Source of the DNA: Opitutia bacterium KCR 482
GTDB taxonomy: Bacteria > Verrucomicrobiota > Verrucomicrobiia > Opitutales > Intestinicryptomonadaceae
Reading direction: 5' to 3'
Assembly (NCBI GenBank): GCA_029269845.2
Contig: CP149973.1
Span: forward strand, 1,500,001 to 1,532,000
Length of the DNA: 32,000 nt
Of this stretch, positions 31,133-32,000 are shown in pieces. A model generated the notes under the pieces. It had not been told where the DNA came from. It saw nothing but the letters and a program-made list of their open reading frames with translations, and searched no databases. Position numbers and translations under genes: made by a program. How positions within the stretch are numbered: position 1 is the stretch's first letter; every line of letters starts with the position of its first letter.

Positions 31133-31804
31133 TTATTCCGAAATGAATCTGATTGAGTTTGGCGTTCGGGCTTTTTTCCGCGCGGGCGCGGCGGATTTTT
31201 CTTCGGGCTTTGCCGCCTGTTGCGCCGCCGCCGTTTGCAGGGCGGGCGTTGCGGCGGTTTGCCGCGTTCCGTCGGCGGGTTTCGACATGTCGATTTTAAA
31301 TGAGGGCTGTTCCCGCGTCTCCGTTTTTTTCGGCTCGTCTGCCGCGGATAAGAGTCTGCGCAGAATGGATTTTTCCGCGGCGGGTTTGGCTTGTTTTTCC
31401 GCCTGCTCCTGCGGGGCAGGCTGCCCGCCCTCCGTTTGCGAAGCGGCGGCTTCGCGCGTCTGCTTTTCGGCGTTGCGGACAACCGTTCTTCCGAAGTTTG
31501 TATCGACGCTCACGGGCGTAGAATCCTTGAATCTGAAAACAATCTCGTTTTTGCCGACGAAGCCGAGCTTTTCGCGGATAACCCTTTCGGCGAAGGCGTC
31601 GTCGTGCACGAGTCTGTAATAATACTCCTCCTTGTACGCCTTTTCGTCGGAGAGTTTTGCGACATTGTAGCGCAGGCGCGACTCGTCGAGCCGGCGTTCG
31701 ATGTTCTCCTCGCGGACGCCGAGCCACTTGACGTAGAACAGGCAAGCCATTGCCGCCGACGCGAAGAGCAGCAGAAATATTATGGCGTTGTAGATTTTAT
31801 CCAT
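31133..31804 (-). CDS. FtsB/DivIC-like (septum formation initiator family) membrane protein with a long low-complexity tail
   Basis: N-terminal TM helix (AIIFLLLFASAAMACLFYV), a charged heptad-like segment, then the family-typical DDAFAERVIREKLGFVGKNEIVF. An Ala/Gln/Lys/Pro-rich C-terminal half follows. The stop is 2 bp upstream of the GH13 ATG. Confidence 0.7.
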   Translation of the reverse strand: MDKIYNAIIFLLLFASAAMACLFYVKWLGVREENIERRLDESRLRYNVAKLSDEKAYKEEYYYRLVHDDAFAERVIREKLGFVGKNEIVFRFKDSTPVSVDTNFGRTVVRNAEKQTREAAASQTEGGQPAPQEQAEKQAKPAAEKSILRRLLSAADEPKKTETREQPSFKIDMSKPADGTRQTAATPALQTAAAQQAAKPEEKSAAPARKKARTPNSIRFISE

Positions 31805-32000
31805 GCGCTTTCATTTTCGTCAAAATATCGCAGGCGTCCGCGCCGTGTAAAGATTATTACCGAATTTTTTAAAAATATACTCGCAAGAAGCGTCCGAACG
31901 TGGGACTATTCTCGAATGGCAAAATCGGGAAGAGCGTTGTGGACGGCGGCGATAAAGGAGGGCAAAAAATCCTCCCCCGCGGGAGCGTCGGAGCGGACGG

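Noticed and set aside
31916-32000. Possible + strand ORF starting at ATG 31916 (MAKSGRALWTAAIKEGKKSSPAGASERT…) and running off the right edge, divergent from the FtsB-like gene.
   Set aside because: Only 28 codons are visible, with no recognisable motif or ribosome-binding site. It cannot be supported from this window.

Overview
This window is almost entirely the conserved bacterial transcription/translation gene cluster, all on the + strand. It holds rpoB (open from base 1, so truncated at the left edge) and rpoC. Next comes a str-type unit, rpsL-rpsG-fusA-rpsJ, with no tuf. The rest of the S10 block follows (rplC-rplD-rplW-rplB-rpsS-[extra ORF]-rplV-rpsC-rplP-rpmC-rpsQ), then the spc block (rplN-rplX-rplE-rpsN-rpsH-rplF-rplR-rpsE-rplO-secY-map) and the alpha block (rpsM-rpsK-rpsD-rpoA-rplQ). 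After an rplQ terminator come a small membrane zinc-ribbon ORF and guaA. The right end has a roughly 700-bp hairpin-dense non-coding interval and two converging minus-strand genes: a FtsB/DivIC-like protein and a GH13 pullulanase/debranching enzyme. I recognised no rRNA, tRNA, CRISPR array or mobile element. This is an ordinary core-genome region, so interest scores are modest. The main departures from the textbook layout are listed below.
1. A 110-aa signal-peptide ORF sits between rpsS and rplV and overlaps the rpsS stop as TAATG.
2. The S10 operon is split after rpsJ by a strong terminator, a 480-bp spacer, a promoter-like site and a structured leader.
3. The exact 11-mer TTAAAAAAATA recurs in three spacers immediately upstream of r-protein genes.
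4. SecY (extra C-terminal hydrophobic helix), S11 (N-terminal) and L17 (Lys/Ala-rich C-terminal tail) carry terminal extensions.
5. The guaA/GH13 convergent spacer has long perfect inverted repeats and a marked G+T strand skew.
The many long antisense and alternate-frame ORFs in the supplied track are shadows of the real genes.
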